Positions 40,731 through 53,605 of a stretch of 64,000 bases of DNA are shown here, in pieces. Every line of letters starts with the position of its first letter. Within the stretch, counting starts at the first letter, position 1. Source of the DNA: Trichosphaerium sp. ATCC 40318 (lineage: Eukaryota; Protista; Tubulinea). A program made the translations under genes and the position numbers. The notes below the pieces were generated by a model. That model was not told where the DNA came from. It made no database searches and worked only from the letters and a program-made list of their open reading frames with translations. The stretch is from NCBI GenBank assembly GCA_038496445.1, contig JALMLS010000579.1:310001-374000 (forward strand). Reading direction: 5' to 3'.

Positions 40731-40897
40731 TTTCAGGGTGTGGTACTGTACACTTTTTAGACTGTAGTATCGTACACTTTTTAGGTTGTAGTACCGTACT
40801 CTTTTTAGGTTGTAGTACCGTACTCTTTTTAGGGTGTGGTACTGTACTCTTTTCAGGGTGTGGTACTGTACTCTTTTTAGGGTGTAGTACCGTACTC
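40731..40897. repeat. 24-bp minisatellite, 7 copies
   Basis: Consensus TTTTTAGGGTGT(A/G)GTAC(C/T)GTACTC, head to tail with no spacers. Confidence 0.9.
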
Positions 40898-42774
40898 TTT
40901 TTTTTACCAGTTATAACGTGCTTGACCATTACTTTACAAGCGGCCACTTGATGTAACTTGAATCTAGAGCGTAGAAATAATTTTCAGGTATGACATTTAG
41001 TTAGATAGGGGTAAGTTGAGGACAGTTTATTGTAATGATTTATTTAGGGTTTAGTGCTAGTTTTTGTTTACTTTTTAGGTGGTTGTATAGGACCAAAAAT
41101 GACAGACTTTTTGTACTTCAGTTTTAGTTCTGCATCATCACGTGATAGTGTACCTATAATATAAGAAAAGGTGCAACGTGTGTAAGTAAGTAAAGATGTT
41201 TATTCGGTTCAAAGTCAACATCGGTTCAAGACCAAATGTGACTATTACATACCACCTTTTTACAGCGTTCTTGTTTAGTCGTCTAGGTAGGGGGGAGTAC
41301 GTAACTCTTTTTTGTTCGTGTGAATACAAGATTCTTTTATTCAATCTACACGCGAAGCCCATGCGAGCGCCAGTGCCCTTGAGTCGTCTAGGTAAACCTT
41401 GAGCAGGTATCAAGGTTTGCCGAAAGTAGACATACCTGTTTGGTAGTTTGTATTGATCAATCTTTTGGTTTCACATTTTTTAACTAGGTAGGTGGGAGTA
41501 CATAACCATTTATTGAGGGTGTGGAATATTGCCAAATCCCGTCAACAAAAATCGCGTGTACTATTTATCACCTCCACCTATTAAGCTCTTGCGTTCCCAT
41601 GAGATGTGCTAGTTTCTTGTATGATTTTTGGTGCGATAAAAACACAATTTAGTACGTTTTGACCGTATTATTTTAAAAATAACCCATCACATCTACTTTT
41701 TGAGCTCAAACAATGCTGGAGGCTTTGGAAATGCTACATAGAGGCTACTCTATTAATGTGATAGCGGGCTGGGCACGTGGGTACGAGAGCGAACTTTTTT
41801 TTTTGTCTATGAACGTCGGAGTCATTTTTTAAGTTGTTTTTACGCAATCACAGGAGTAAATAAACCCAACACATAACGCGTCAAGTGTCAGCGAAATTTT
41901 GTATCTGTAAAAACGACAAACATGTTTGCAAACACAATAAATACATTGTATCTACTGTTCCCGAGCACTTTCAGTCCGATTCGTGGCCTTCCGAAACCCT
42001 AACCCTAGTAAAATTCAGATAAATACAGGGATTAGGCCTTAAATGGATTTGGCAATTAAGCCATTGCCTAAACTCGCACCTTTTCTTGACAGTTGTTTCG
42101 TATTCAGACGTAGCTTTCAATATAGTTTACGTACAATTAGATAATCAGGTAGCTTAACACCTTCTCGTCATAGTCTTCTTTCTTTACCCAACATAAAGCT
42201 AACCAGATTATAGCTTACTTCTGACAAAGCAAAGGATAGAAGCCTGATGGTGCTCGCCTTTGACTGAACCCTCATTAAGGTAAGGAGTCTAGAATCTTGA
42301 AAGGAAAGGAAGTTAGGGATATTTACCCAGGAGAACCCCGTTGACTGCTATAAGTCGCACTGTGAACAGAGTTAGTTCTCCTGTGTTTTATATTTGTTAT
42401 GTTACGCCAACAGAGAAATTTGATGGGAAGAGTGGGATAGAGATGGTTACGGGTGTGAATTTATTGGTGCGTCTAGCGAGGGCTTCCCATTTGACATATT
42501 TCATGGAGACATGTAGTCCATTGGAGTGGTTGTTCCATAGAATCTTGCTTACCGACTATGTTTGACTTTAAAAATCATCTACAAAATCTCACTATATAAC
42601 TTTCAATTGCTGTCGCATACACAAGTACACTCTTTTCAAGGGGCAACACTTCGCAGCTTTGGATACTACAGAAAGTGCGAAAATAGTCAGGCTTTTTGGG
42701 CACTATTTACCAATCTTGTGATTGTTTTTACGCACTCTAACTTATCTCTTACGCACTAATTTAGAAGTACCATT

Positions 42775-44212
42775 ATGAAGGCATTGAATACATTCCTTAT
42801 TCTGTTGGCATTTTTCCATTTCAAATTAACAAACGCGTATTCTTATGACGAAGCTAAAAGGGCGTGTGAAGAACGGTAAGTATCACGTGACCACAAAAAA
42901 AATTGCTTTTGTACAAACTCGAATTTAATTTACGACATTTAGAGGAGAAACACTTTACGACGTACTCACAAAGGACGCATATGATAGAGTTCGACCTGAA
43001 AATGTTTTTTCTACTGTATTCGTAAACGCAATGCGAATAGGCAAGTGGAACTTACTTTTACACGTATTTTGACGTAAAAAAAAGGATCTGATTTTGGAAG
43101 CAGCACATGCTTGAAATGCAGGATAGCCAACGACTGTTCAGAATGCTACAAAGCCCTTTCAAACTTTGTATGGCAAGGAAGTGGTTTAAAGATGACTGAA
43201 ACAGATCTGTTTATCAAAGATGCAGGCGGTGACACCCGAACTTTTTTGTTTAACTTCTTCGATTCCAGTCTGGGACAGGAACCATCAATAATTAAGCCAA
43301 GCTTTTTCTCCAGAAGACAAGAGAGGTGTCTTGTTAGACGCCATACAGGTACAGTATTACTAGACGTCAAATGAGTTAATTGTTAATAGGATTTAATGAT
43401 GTTCTATGTAGTGAAGGCTATGATACCGCATGTATAGCTGTTCCTCCGAGCGCAGCGCCAACTGCAGCTCCAACGTTTACACCAACGTCATCACCAACGT
43501 TTACACCAACGTCATCTCCAACAGTGATACCAACTTTGCTACCAACATCTATTCCAGACAATACAGTGTATATTAGTGGCAATGTTTCTTTTGTAGGAGT
43601 AAAACTCGGTGTACCTGGTGAGCTGACCGTGCTTGTACTGAACTCTTAATATTTTTAGGCGACTTTGTAGTCAATGATAGGTCTGTGTTATACGTAGATG
43701 CGATAACTAATATAACAATTGCTGGATGTCCTCAGTTTGATGGTGATACACACATCGTTCTCGTTAATACAGTAGATGTAAGTGTCCAGAAAAATTTCTT
43801 CCTTTAACTTCCTGTAGAACAATTCACCGTTGGAGCTACTTCAATTTCCAAACGACTGTAATATCGAAGTAGACAATGTAACGCTTTCAGATCCACAAGC
43901 GTGCTTCGATTCAAGTACGTACTAAACGTGAAAATGTACTGTTTTAAGTTTTGTATAGCTGCAATTGGGCGACTAGTAGTATTATTTGGATCTTCTTGCG
44001 GGCATCAATCAAAAAATTCTGACGGTGGGATTCCAACAGTCACAGTTGTTGCTGTTACAATAGTAGTCATTGTTGTTATTCTAGTGATTATAATAGTTGC
44101 TTTAACACTGCTCATTCCATCTTGGCGTCGTCAGGTTTATCCATACAATCGATCAGATAGAATAAATGCCAAGGCCAACAATGGAGTAATGGCTGTGGAA
44201 CAAGACCAATAA
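42775..44212 (+). CDS. type I membrane protein with C-type-lectin-like N-terminus and Pro/Thr stalk
   Basis: Signal peptide; SYDEAKRACEER/GETL, FVWQG, ERCL...C...C; PTAAPTFTPT stalk; TM VTVVAVTIVVIVVILVIIIVALTLL. Confidence 0.7.
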
Positions 44213-44384
44213 AGTAGTAAATAAGTAGAACCAGAATGCGTCTGAAAGGTCAAACTATTCGTTGAGGTTTTGGTTTATTTAGTCACAGACATGCTCCTAT
44301 AAATCGCAACGATAGTACACGATAGCGAACAGTTGTTTGCCTAAACACCCAAAAAAAGTCATTTTACTTCTTTATTCTCTTTAA

Positions 44385-47070
44385 ATGGCAAGAATTGCAC
44401 TTGTGCTCCTAGTTGGACTGTTAGGTCTAATATTTGCGTGCCAAGATAACGAAAGCGCTTGTAAAGAACTATGCGAAGGAAACTCAGGGTAAAGAGGAGT
44501 AAAAGAAAAAAAACAGCTCGACGCACGTGTTTTCGTATTGTCATAACCAACGTTTAGTTGTCACGTTGTTTGGGACGAAGAAACAACTCCTAAATGCCAA
44601 ATATTTGCAGACGGTACGTTTAGGCTTCATAACTTGTTACTAGCTCTCTAGAGGCGACGGCTTTCGATTAAAAAAAACGAGCAAAACTCTAAAACTAATT
44701 ATTTTACCAGAACATCCGGTTTGGCCAAATGACCCTGGTCCAAAAAATGAGTGCCAGAAAGGTAGGAAATCAGGTAAAGTGCGCATTTGTCATAAAGCAG
44801 GAGATAAATATAACTTTATCGAGGTTAGTACGACTTTTCTATTTTGAAAATTTTTCATTGCCAAAAAAAAAAAGATCCTCTCAACAACGTGGTTCATTTA
44901 CACTTTCGCTATTACTTTTCAGAACTTCCTGAATATAAATTGCGTTATGATGTCATTAAAAAAGCACCTATTGTGTCACGTAATATGTAGTTCTGCCACC
45001 GAAAACGTGTGGCTACGGACACCATTACAATACCCTTGAAAACTCACATAACAATTAACTCGCGTTTCTTCTTTTTTAACTTTTTGTCATAAGATGAGTA
45101 AGAATGGTATGAATGGACACGCGAAACATCCAGACAAATGGCCGGGATCACAGTTAGAACGAAACACTACTTTTTTGAATTGTAGGTGCAAGATAATAAA
45201 CACTTGCGACCCAGCTCCAACAACAACTCCACCGACTACTTCTCCACCAACTACTCTATCACCCACAACAGCCGCTCCATCACCACCAGAGCCAAGTGCG
45301 CTTAGTTACATCTTATTTCTTTATGGCTAACACCATGCCAAAATAGGGTGTCTTGGAGAGTTTTTCGTACCTCTTGAAAATCCATTTGAAGCGTACAATA
45401 TTTCAAGCTTCAACGTTATAAGTTTTGGGACTCTTGCTGGTGCGGATGGTAGTATTGAAGGTAGAGGTGCTTCAAGCTCCAATTGCGACATAGGAGACAA
45501 CTTTGACATTGGCACAGCCAATGATGAAGACCTTGAATACGGACTGGTATGTGGTATGTAATATTTTTTCATGTTCCGATATTTTTCTACTTTTGCTTTT
45601 GTTGTTCGCAAATCGTTAGTTTGAGCAAGGAGCTCTTATTATATTTTACTTGCTTTTACATGATGTTGGAACTAAATTAATATAGGACGTAATCTCCAAT
45701 GGTTGAGTGGGACGTTGAGCCCAGAAAACGAAAACATTTTCGTTGGTGGTAAAACAAGCAATAAAACCGCACCAGAATTAAAAGATCGTGTGTCTGGAGG
45801 ACCTAGAGATATAAACTATGTTTTCAGGTCAGCATACAATAAGCTGAAAAGGGTACAGTATTGTTTTCACAAAAAAAAAGCCATCTGAATCTCACGTGCT
45901 TCCTAGATTACAGATATGTATGACTCTCTGTCCATAAACACAATAGCTACAGTAAAGATAAATGCGTTGATAGTGTACCATCATAAATCCCTACCTCGTT
46001 ATGTATTGGAAGTACCTGCAGCAAAATGGAATAAAATAAGATACTTCTACTTCAGCCCAAGAGTACGTTATAGCAACACCCAATTCATCCAACTTACGTC
46101 GTTCTGACCATGTGATAGATTAATATGAAAGCGAAATTTATTGTAAAGATAACAAGCGAAGACGGAGATACCATTTCATTCACAAAGGCTGCATGGCCAA
46201 AGACATCATCAGAAACAATTTTTTATGTTCCAACACGGTCAAACATAGCTGCTTCCAAGCCTGTCCGAAGCTCTATCATAGCACCTACATCTTCACTAGT
46301 ACAAAGTGCTGGTACACTGAGGATTTAATCGCGATTGTATTAAGAAATGATAGGGTCCATAACAGGATTAGTTTACGTCCAGACAAGCCAGCTCTCACGT
46401 GTAAACTTGCCTGAGTGTTTCGGTTCTGAGCCACCAGACGAGCCTTCGTTTGATATTGAGTACACAAGCGATCCATCAGCGCCTGTTGTTAAAGTTAAAA
46501 CATCGTCAAGTGTGTCATTCGCGGTAAGAAAGCAAGATACAGTGGAGTTTGTGACTTATTATTTTTTTTCAGATAAAATCCAAATCAATAGAACTTGACG
46601 TTCTAACACTTGCAATGATAAACCAGCAAGGTATTGGGATATTTTTATATGATGACAATACTCCCACTGAGATAGGAAAGAGTGCTGGACTGAACGTACG
46701 AGATGATAAAAACCACTAACACTAATAGCTGCTTCAGGTTTCAACAACTTCGTCCGGAATCTCGTTCACCTTCAGGTTCACCAAGGAAATGAAAAATACT
46801 CTTTCTAGCAAGAAAAATACTGTTATAGTGTTGCAAAGCTATCTAGCAGTTGCTCAAAGTGCAGGGAAGCGTAAAACAGCTGACTCTGATGAATCAACTT
46901 ACTTGGCAACATCCGGAGATATTTTGATTGATAGTGGAAACTCTACGCTTGCTATTGCTTTAGGCTTATGTATACCCATTGCATTCATTCTTATAATAGT
47001 CATTGGCGCAATAATATACTCTAAACGACGATCACTTACATACAAAAGGATAAACTCGACATCACAATAA
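44385..47070 (+). CDS. type I membrane/surface protein of unknown function
   Basis: Signal peptide MARIALVLLVGLLGLIFA, Cys-rich exons, PTTTPPTT linker, C-terminal TM LAIALGLCIPIAFILIIVIGAIIY-SKRR. Confidence 0.65.
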
Positions 47071-47316
47071 TTCGGAAATTTCCTTGTTTTTTTTAAATAA
47101 CATGCTATTGCTTTTCCTTGGAATTCGTTTAGCAATTCTTCTTTGTTCTCTTATTAGAACAACAGACAAACACATGCGTTTATCTAAGGTCACGTGACAA
47201 TAGCGAATTGTTACCTTTTTTTTCTTAATTTTCTTGAACTGTACAATGTATTGTTGGTCACGTGCTCAAAACTTCAATCTTAGTCTTCCAAGTTCTTTTG
47301 GTTCGCATCAAAGCTC

Positions 47317-49685
47317 ATGAGTGCCATATCACTTCTTCCACCTGAAATTGTTGCACATGTACTGCTTAGACTGTTTCTAGGATACAGCGTGCTAAAAACA
47401 ACTTTTAGGTGCTTAAATGGTTACCATACGCAGTTTTATGTTCAAAAGTACTGGTACGGTACTTTAATCGTATTTTCTCGTGATAATGAGTTTACATTTT
47501 TAACCGCTCATCCTAAAACCAAGACGTTTTCAATAGGTTTGCAGACAGTGGAGCGATTTAATTTCATTGCCCATTGTATGGACGAAGCCGCTTTCTGTCA
47601 TCTTAGGATCAACGATCACCGAAAGTACGCATTTTTAAAGCCTCTTAAGTACCGATGGGCGATACAAGTCCAAATGATTTGTGAGAAACCCTAATCAAAC
47701 AAACAAAAAAGGTAAGTTTGCTATTACATATTAACATGCTCTTTAAGTGGAAAATACAATGAAATCATGTCAGTGTACATGGCAGATCATGCTAAGAGCT
47801 GTATTCCGTCCAACTATAACATTACTACAAAGATTTCCACCAATAACTAAGGTTTCTTGCTTTTTTTTTCTTTCTTTTTTTGTGATGTTAATAACGTTTA
47901 GATACTTTACGATTCTATTCAAAATGAAGAAAGTATCCTATGGAGAACTAATAATATACCAGAAACATTTTGTGTAAACAAAACAAAAGCGTTCACATTA
48001 GATGGGTTGGTTAAACTCATTACAAGCCCAGTAAATTTTGCAGCTGTAGAAGAATTCAAAGTACTCAAACGGTTCTATAGAATCAGCAAGCGCTATAACG
48101 TTACAAGTATGTAACTTCATACAAACAAATGTGTCAGAACTTTCTCACTTAACAACATTTTGGCATTAGGCTTTTTTACCCACGAATCTTGATTTCTCGA
48201 GTGTTATTCTAAATGCGGATTTAGGCGATGCATTGTGTTTGGCTGTTGCAGGTATTATGAACCACCCTGAGTTTGATAATACACTTGTAGATGCCCTCAT
48301 CAGCGTGTATGATAAAGATTCATATGGATACAGAGCATACAAGTACTACACCTCCCTCACAATACGTGACTGATTCTTACCAGAATCGTTCAATTCTTTG
48401 GGTTTATGCTATCTAATCTCCCTCTGCCAAAGCATATTGCCACAGAGGATGACAACAAATACAAACTGACTATTGAATTTAAGGATCTATTGGAACACCT
48501 AATGCCTCATCACAAATCTATTGTAATCGAAGCATTTGAAGATAGGGTCACACATTGTAAAGCTACTAATGCAAGTTGCCTTTTTTTTGGAAAACAAACC
48601 ATAATTTATAATATCTCAGGAATCACTACAACAGCTTTCCTGTCCACCTGTGAAACATAAGGTGAACTTGCTCCCCATACGTAGAACAAGTTTCAAGATT
48701 GAACCAAGTAGTATCTGGGACATACCACCAAAAGAACTTGCAATAGAGCGCACTCTATGCTCTCATGAAATGTATGACAAGTGTCTTTTTGCCGAAGTGT
48801 CTTTTTACAGTAAAAATACCCATGCATTTATTGTTTACTAGGCCCTTTTATTACTCATACACCTTAGGTTAAAAGCAATAAATATTGGAGAGTTCTTGTT
48901 CCTTGAAAAACTTCCTGCAGTAGAAGGTATCAAGGACATCTGTACTTTATTCAACGAGGTAAATGAAGGGCGAATTTTTTTATTCGTGTTGATTTTTGTT
49001 AGATATTTGAGTTTGTTTTGTATGCTGTCATCAGTGAAAACCAGTCCCCACAGAAAAGAGCTGATAAGTTATCATACCTTATACAGTTTGTGGATGAGCT
49101 TATAAAACTTGGAAATACAAACGATGCAATGGCTGTAAAGTCAGCAATAAGCGTAATACAAGATAACTTAAATACAACATGGAATCATGTGCGCTTTTAT
49201 ACTATACCCTATTTGTCTTACTGAATATACATTTTAGCTTTCCGCATCCATTGTAAAGAAGAGTAGTGATGCAAAGGAATTGTTGAGCAGAAATATGGGC
49301 TACAGAAAACTGAGAGATTTTATGAGGTCATCATTGTTTTGTTTTTGGGTTTTTGTCTTACTCTTTGTACAGCAAGCGAAGTGCTGAACATGAACCACTG
49401 GTTGATTACTTTGGTATATTTCTTTGCAACCTTCAATATGTCAACGATGGCTCTGCATTGGCATATACAACACACGGAAGGCTGTTCTTCTGTGCAGGAA
49501 AATGGCTGTTTAAGTTTCGTGATGTTGTAGCCTTCTATAATTCTCTCCAGGCTGAATATCCATACGTATCTATTCCAGCTATACGAAGAATGGTACAAGG
49601 TATGAAATCTCCATTAAGCGATGAAGAAATGTATCCAATAATTAAACAGTTGGAAAAGCAATTTGTAGTGAATAAATATAATTAG
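47317..49685 (+). CDS. divergent RasGEF (REM + CDC25) with F-box-like N-terminus; apparent +1 frameshift near 47690
   Basis: LLPPEIVAHVL; FTLDGLVKLITS (REM-like); DIPPKELAIERTL, KRADKLSYLIQFVDELIKLGNTNDAMAV, PLVDYFGIFLCNLQYVNDG (CDC25-like). Confidence 0.7.
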
Positions 49686-50375
49686 CACGTTTACGTAACT
49701 AATCAAAGTGACTGACCTGACTGAAAGCGAACAGACTTTGGGTTGACACCACTAGGTAATACGATACATCCTAGTTTTGGGGTATGCCAATGGTTAAAAT
49801 ACTATCACGTGATTAGGAAATCATCAATATCAGTTTGAAGAGTTGTTGTTAACATACCCGTTACCTGCTTCGTCATCAAGATTATTAGTAAAGGAAAAGT
49901 TCGCTAGCAGTTACTGTTAAGCAAATGCGAATTTTAACACCAAAAATAAACGCTATTCAATGAATACGAGTTGGCATGTTTTCTCGAAGGAACTAACTTT
50001 CTGATGAACCAGGAACGTAAATGCATGGAGTAATATACCACAATGATCCAAGATAGGATAGAGCTAGATCGTGTTTTAGATGGCTGAATAGTAAAACGTC
50101 TGATTTGATGATGTTGATTGTTTGGTCTACTGTTAGATAAGCGATTGAGTATTTAATCCACCGAAAAGATATGTTGATATCAGACATCTAACAAGCTTTT
50201 TTTAACAGCTTCTCTATAACTTGATGCTTTTTAAGCCGCATTAAATTTGGTTGTCCATTCTCAAACAATCATGTGATTTCCGTTTATTTTTTGCTTGACA
50301 CGAAATTCTAATTTGAAAAAAAAAAACATGGCATGTGAAGGGGCTTTATTAAAGCACTTTTAGCGATATATGCGC

Positions 50376-51122
50376 TTAGGTACAGGCATTACAATCGCCG
50401 TTGAGAGGCAGTACAACACTTGCAGTAGTAAGAGGGTGGATAGCAGCATCGCCTTTCCAACAGAAATGAAAAGAGTTAAAGATTTGTACTTCTGAGAACT
50501 CCCAGCCATCGTTAGCGAATATTTTCATCTCAACACCTTGAAGTGTCTTGTCTTTGTTCTTTGCAGGTGCGACCATGTAGAATACATCAACAGCACCTGA
50601 TTGGAACTCGTTGACTCGGGGATCTTCAAGAGCAGCGCTGTAAGGAGAATAGGTTCCATCAGTGTAAGCGTATCGGTACTTAATTGGAGCATTTGTTCCA
50701 TGGTATTGGCCGCTCTTTGTCTTTGTCATTATCATTGTGTTCTCGCTAGTAACCTTCTCGTATGTATCTCCGGGTGCTTGACTGTTAGTGTTCGAACAGC
50801 TGGTCATGTAGAATAGGTTGCATACACTTCCGTAGTAGGATGTGTAGTAATTACAGCGGTCGTCTGCATTACATAGTTGTTCACATTGAGCTTTTGTAAC
50901 TGAGGTATCTCGAGGGAAGGAACATTCTCCAGAACCGCCAACCCAACTGCAGTGTGTTACTGTTGATCCGGGAACAGAACCATCGCAGTACACAAATTGA
51001 CCGGCATGCATGTCTTTACGACAGCCAGAACAAGTGTTGTGAGCGTTGATAGTAATGGCTTTGTAGTTGAAAGCCAGTGCTAATGAAAAGCAGAGATAGA
51101 GTAGAATCGATGAATAGTTCAT
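50376..51122 (-). CDS. secreted intronless protein: Cys-rich PAN/apple-like + PLAT/LH2-like domain
   Basis: Signal peptide; CEQLCNADDRCNYYT...CNL; T...GTNA, NEFQSGAVDVF, DGWEFSEVQI. Confidence 0.75.
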   Translation of the reverse strand: MNYSSILLYLCFSLALAFNYKAITINAHNTCSGCRKDMHAGQFVYCDGSVPGSTVTHCSWVGGSGECSFPRDTSVTKAQCEQLCNADDRCNYYTSYYGSVCNLFYMTSCSNTNSQAPGDTYEKVTSENTMIMTKTKSGQYHGTNAPIKYRYAYTDGTYSPYSAALEDPRVNEFQSGAVDVFYMVAPAKNKDKTLQGVEMKIFANDGWEFSEVQIFNSFHFCWKGDAAIHPLTTASVVLPLNGDCNACT

Positions 51123-53605
51123 GAGTGGAGGGGCTTGGGCGTAAAATAGAACTGTTGTTTGTTGTTTGAGGGTTATTGGTAAATGATCAACAATGTTGAC
51201 TTAAAGCACGTGTGCACGAAAGAAAAAAAAAAAACCAAACAATTCTCGCGCTAGTGAAAAAAGAAACGAGAATAAATACTATGTAATGAACAGCTTTATC
51301 GGGTTTTTAAACGAAAAAAAATACAAAAGCCCAAGTCCATTGGTATTGTGATACGCTGTATTAAAAATATCTCAATATTGTTAACTATTTAAATCCGAAC
51401 AGGTGGAAGAGTTTTGAGCTTGTTTTTGGCGTGTTTTAGGGTATTCAATGTGTTCAGTGAACTATTGAGTTTACAAATAATTTCGCTCTTCTGCCGACCC
51501 GAATAACTTCTATGAACTGTGTCTGTTTAACTGTTGGTAACAAAAATTTGAGCACAGAAAACAAACTCAAAGTACAAAGGGAGTGCTTTTTTCTCAAAAC
51601 CCCAAAAAAACAAGATTGCAAAAAGTGACTACGCCACACTTTTTCTTGTAGTACCTATCCTCAGTCCAAGTCCAAGTGCACTAAATATTCCACCAGTAGG
51701 ATCGCAGTATTTTAAACAAGGCTCTCACACCCGACAGCGCTATCATTCCCACAGTGACAGCATTCTTGTCTCCGCAAATCTCAAGTTATTTACAATGACC
51801 TTTCTGCTACCCGATATCAGTACCCCTGGGTGTTAAGAAGTGCCCTATGTTCAAGTTACATTGCAGTGTTTGTAGTTATATTTTAAGACTGCCTGACATC
51901 GCTCTCATTGTAAGAACGATCTTTTGTTTGCAGTATCACAAGTTGCAGTATGAAGTTTTAAAAGAAAAATACTGTTTCCATACTCTTGAGAAACCACTGT
52001 AGTTGTATAGTAGCTATACCACACAACAACAATGAATGAGCAATAAACCATGTGATTCAGAAGAGAGTGCTTGCTAAACAACACAGTCGCTCTCATACCT
52101 GATAGACACTTTAAATGTTCCTCCCAACATAAACTGTTTTTATGTTCCCGTCCTCACATCTTTCTTCACTGTTAATACCAACTACAGCGGTACATGGAGG
52201 GTTGGTGGAAAATAGAGGCATACCGCAACAATAGGTCACAAAAAATTAGCAAACTAGCTGTGCAACACTTTTTGATTTAGCAACTAGCGTGTATAACTTG
52301 AGGAGGACTAACGTCTCTTCATTGCTGATGCCACCAATAGAGGGTGTTTGTTAATTTTCCTACGCAATGAGAGAAACTACTAACACTAAAGTACATATCA
52401 CAAGAGATTGCTACAGAACCTAACTGCCAATAGCTCATCCGATTTTTTTCGTCCAGCGCTCACTAATATTTCAATTACACGCCCACTGCAGTATACGGAT
52501 GTGACGATTCACGAAATAGTTCTTACAACACTTCGCTCAATAATCACAGCGACTACAAAGTGACGTAGCAGAAAGTATTCCTGTTCAAAGGTTCAAAATT
52601 TGCTGTTGCGAGCCTTAGATTATAAATGCGTTTTAATCCTTTACAAGGCATAGATTTTGAGATGATAGAATTAATCTGTATCAAGCACATTGTAAACTGC
52701 AATTCTAATGCGCGGTAAAGACTTATTGAACACTCTAACTCAGGCCTTAAAATAAAAACTGCAAAGTTTTAGAGTTTGTCGTGTTGTTTAGAGGACACTG
52801 ACTTGAATAGAATTGATCTTTTTAACCTGAGATCACTTGAATAGAGTCGTACATTGTGATGACAAATACTCGTTACGCTGATATAAAATATTGCTGCTAT
52901 CAAGCAACACGTGATTTATAGTGGTAGCACCAATTTCTGACCTTACAACCACCAAGTAATCTAACTAATTCGAACTTTCATCGACACCAATCCACTACGA
53001 ATGAGAAACAGAGGGCTTTGTGCGTTTCACAAAGTACTAAAATGACATATCAAGGCCTGCGTACTCTAGAAGTGCTACATGTGCTCACAAACCCTTGGTA
53101 ATAAGTCACTCCGCAAAAACGTCGCCACACTTCAACAATGAAACGCTTTGTAATCTTCGCTGGCCTCTTGCCAGTCTATCACAGATACAAGTTGCGACCT
53201 TTAAACGAGCCCATAAGCACGCAGATTACCGCGAAGCCTACATTGCAAAAGAACATGATATAATCAGGAAATTCAATGCATAAAAGAGTCCGTTGATCTA
53301 AGCTACCATCAACAAACAATAAACTAAACATACTCATTAAGTACCAAGACGATCCAGACAAGGATCTGCTTTGTGTAATACCATGTGTCTTTGAAGCTTT
53401 AATCTGTGAATACTTCTTCAAAGACGAGCAACTTTAATCTTTGGCTGTACCTAGTTAGTTATTGCGGTCTTAGTATTCTGTAGAAGCGCACAGTCTTTTC
53501 AAGTATCTTACAAACTGGTGAAAAAAGATGGTTTAACGAAACAACAGACATGTGAAGGCAAGAAGGAACTTGACCTGTATATCTTGGGCACGGTGAACAC
53601 AAAAC

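Noticed and set aside
40731-40897. CRISPR-like array
   Set aside because: Units are contiguous with no unique spacers; eukaryotic context and no cas genes.
41994-42007. Telomere
   Set aside because: Only about two CCCTAA-like units, internal to the sequence.
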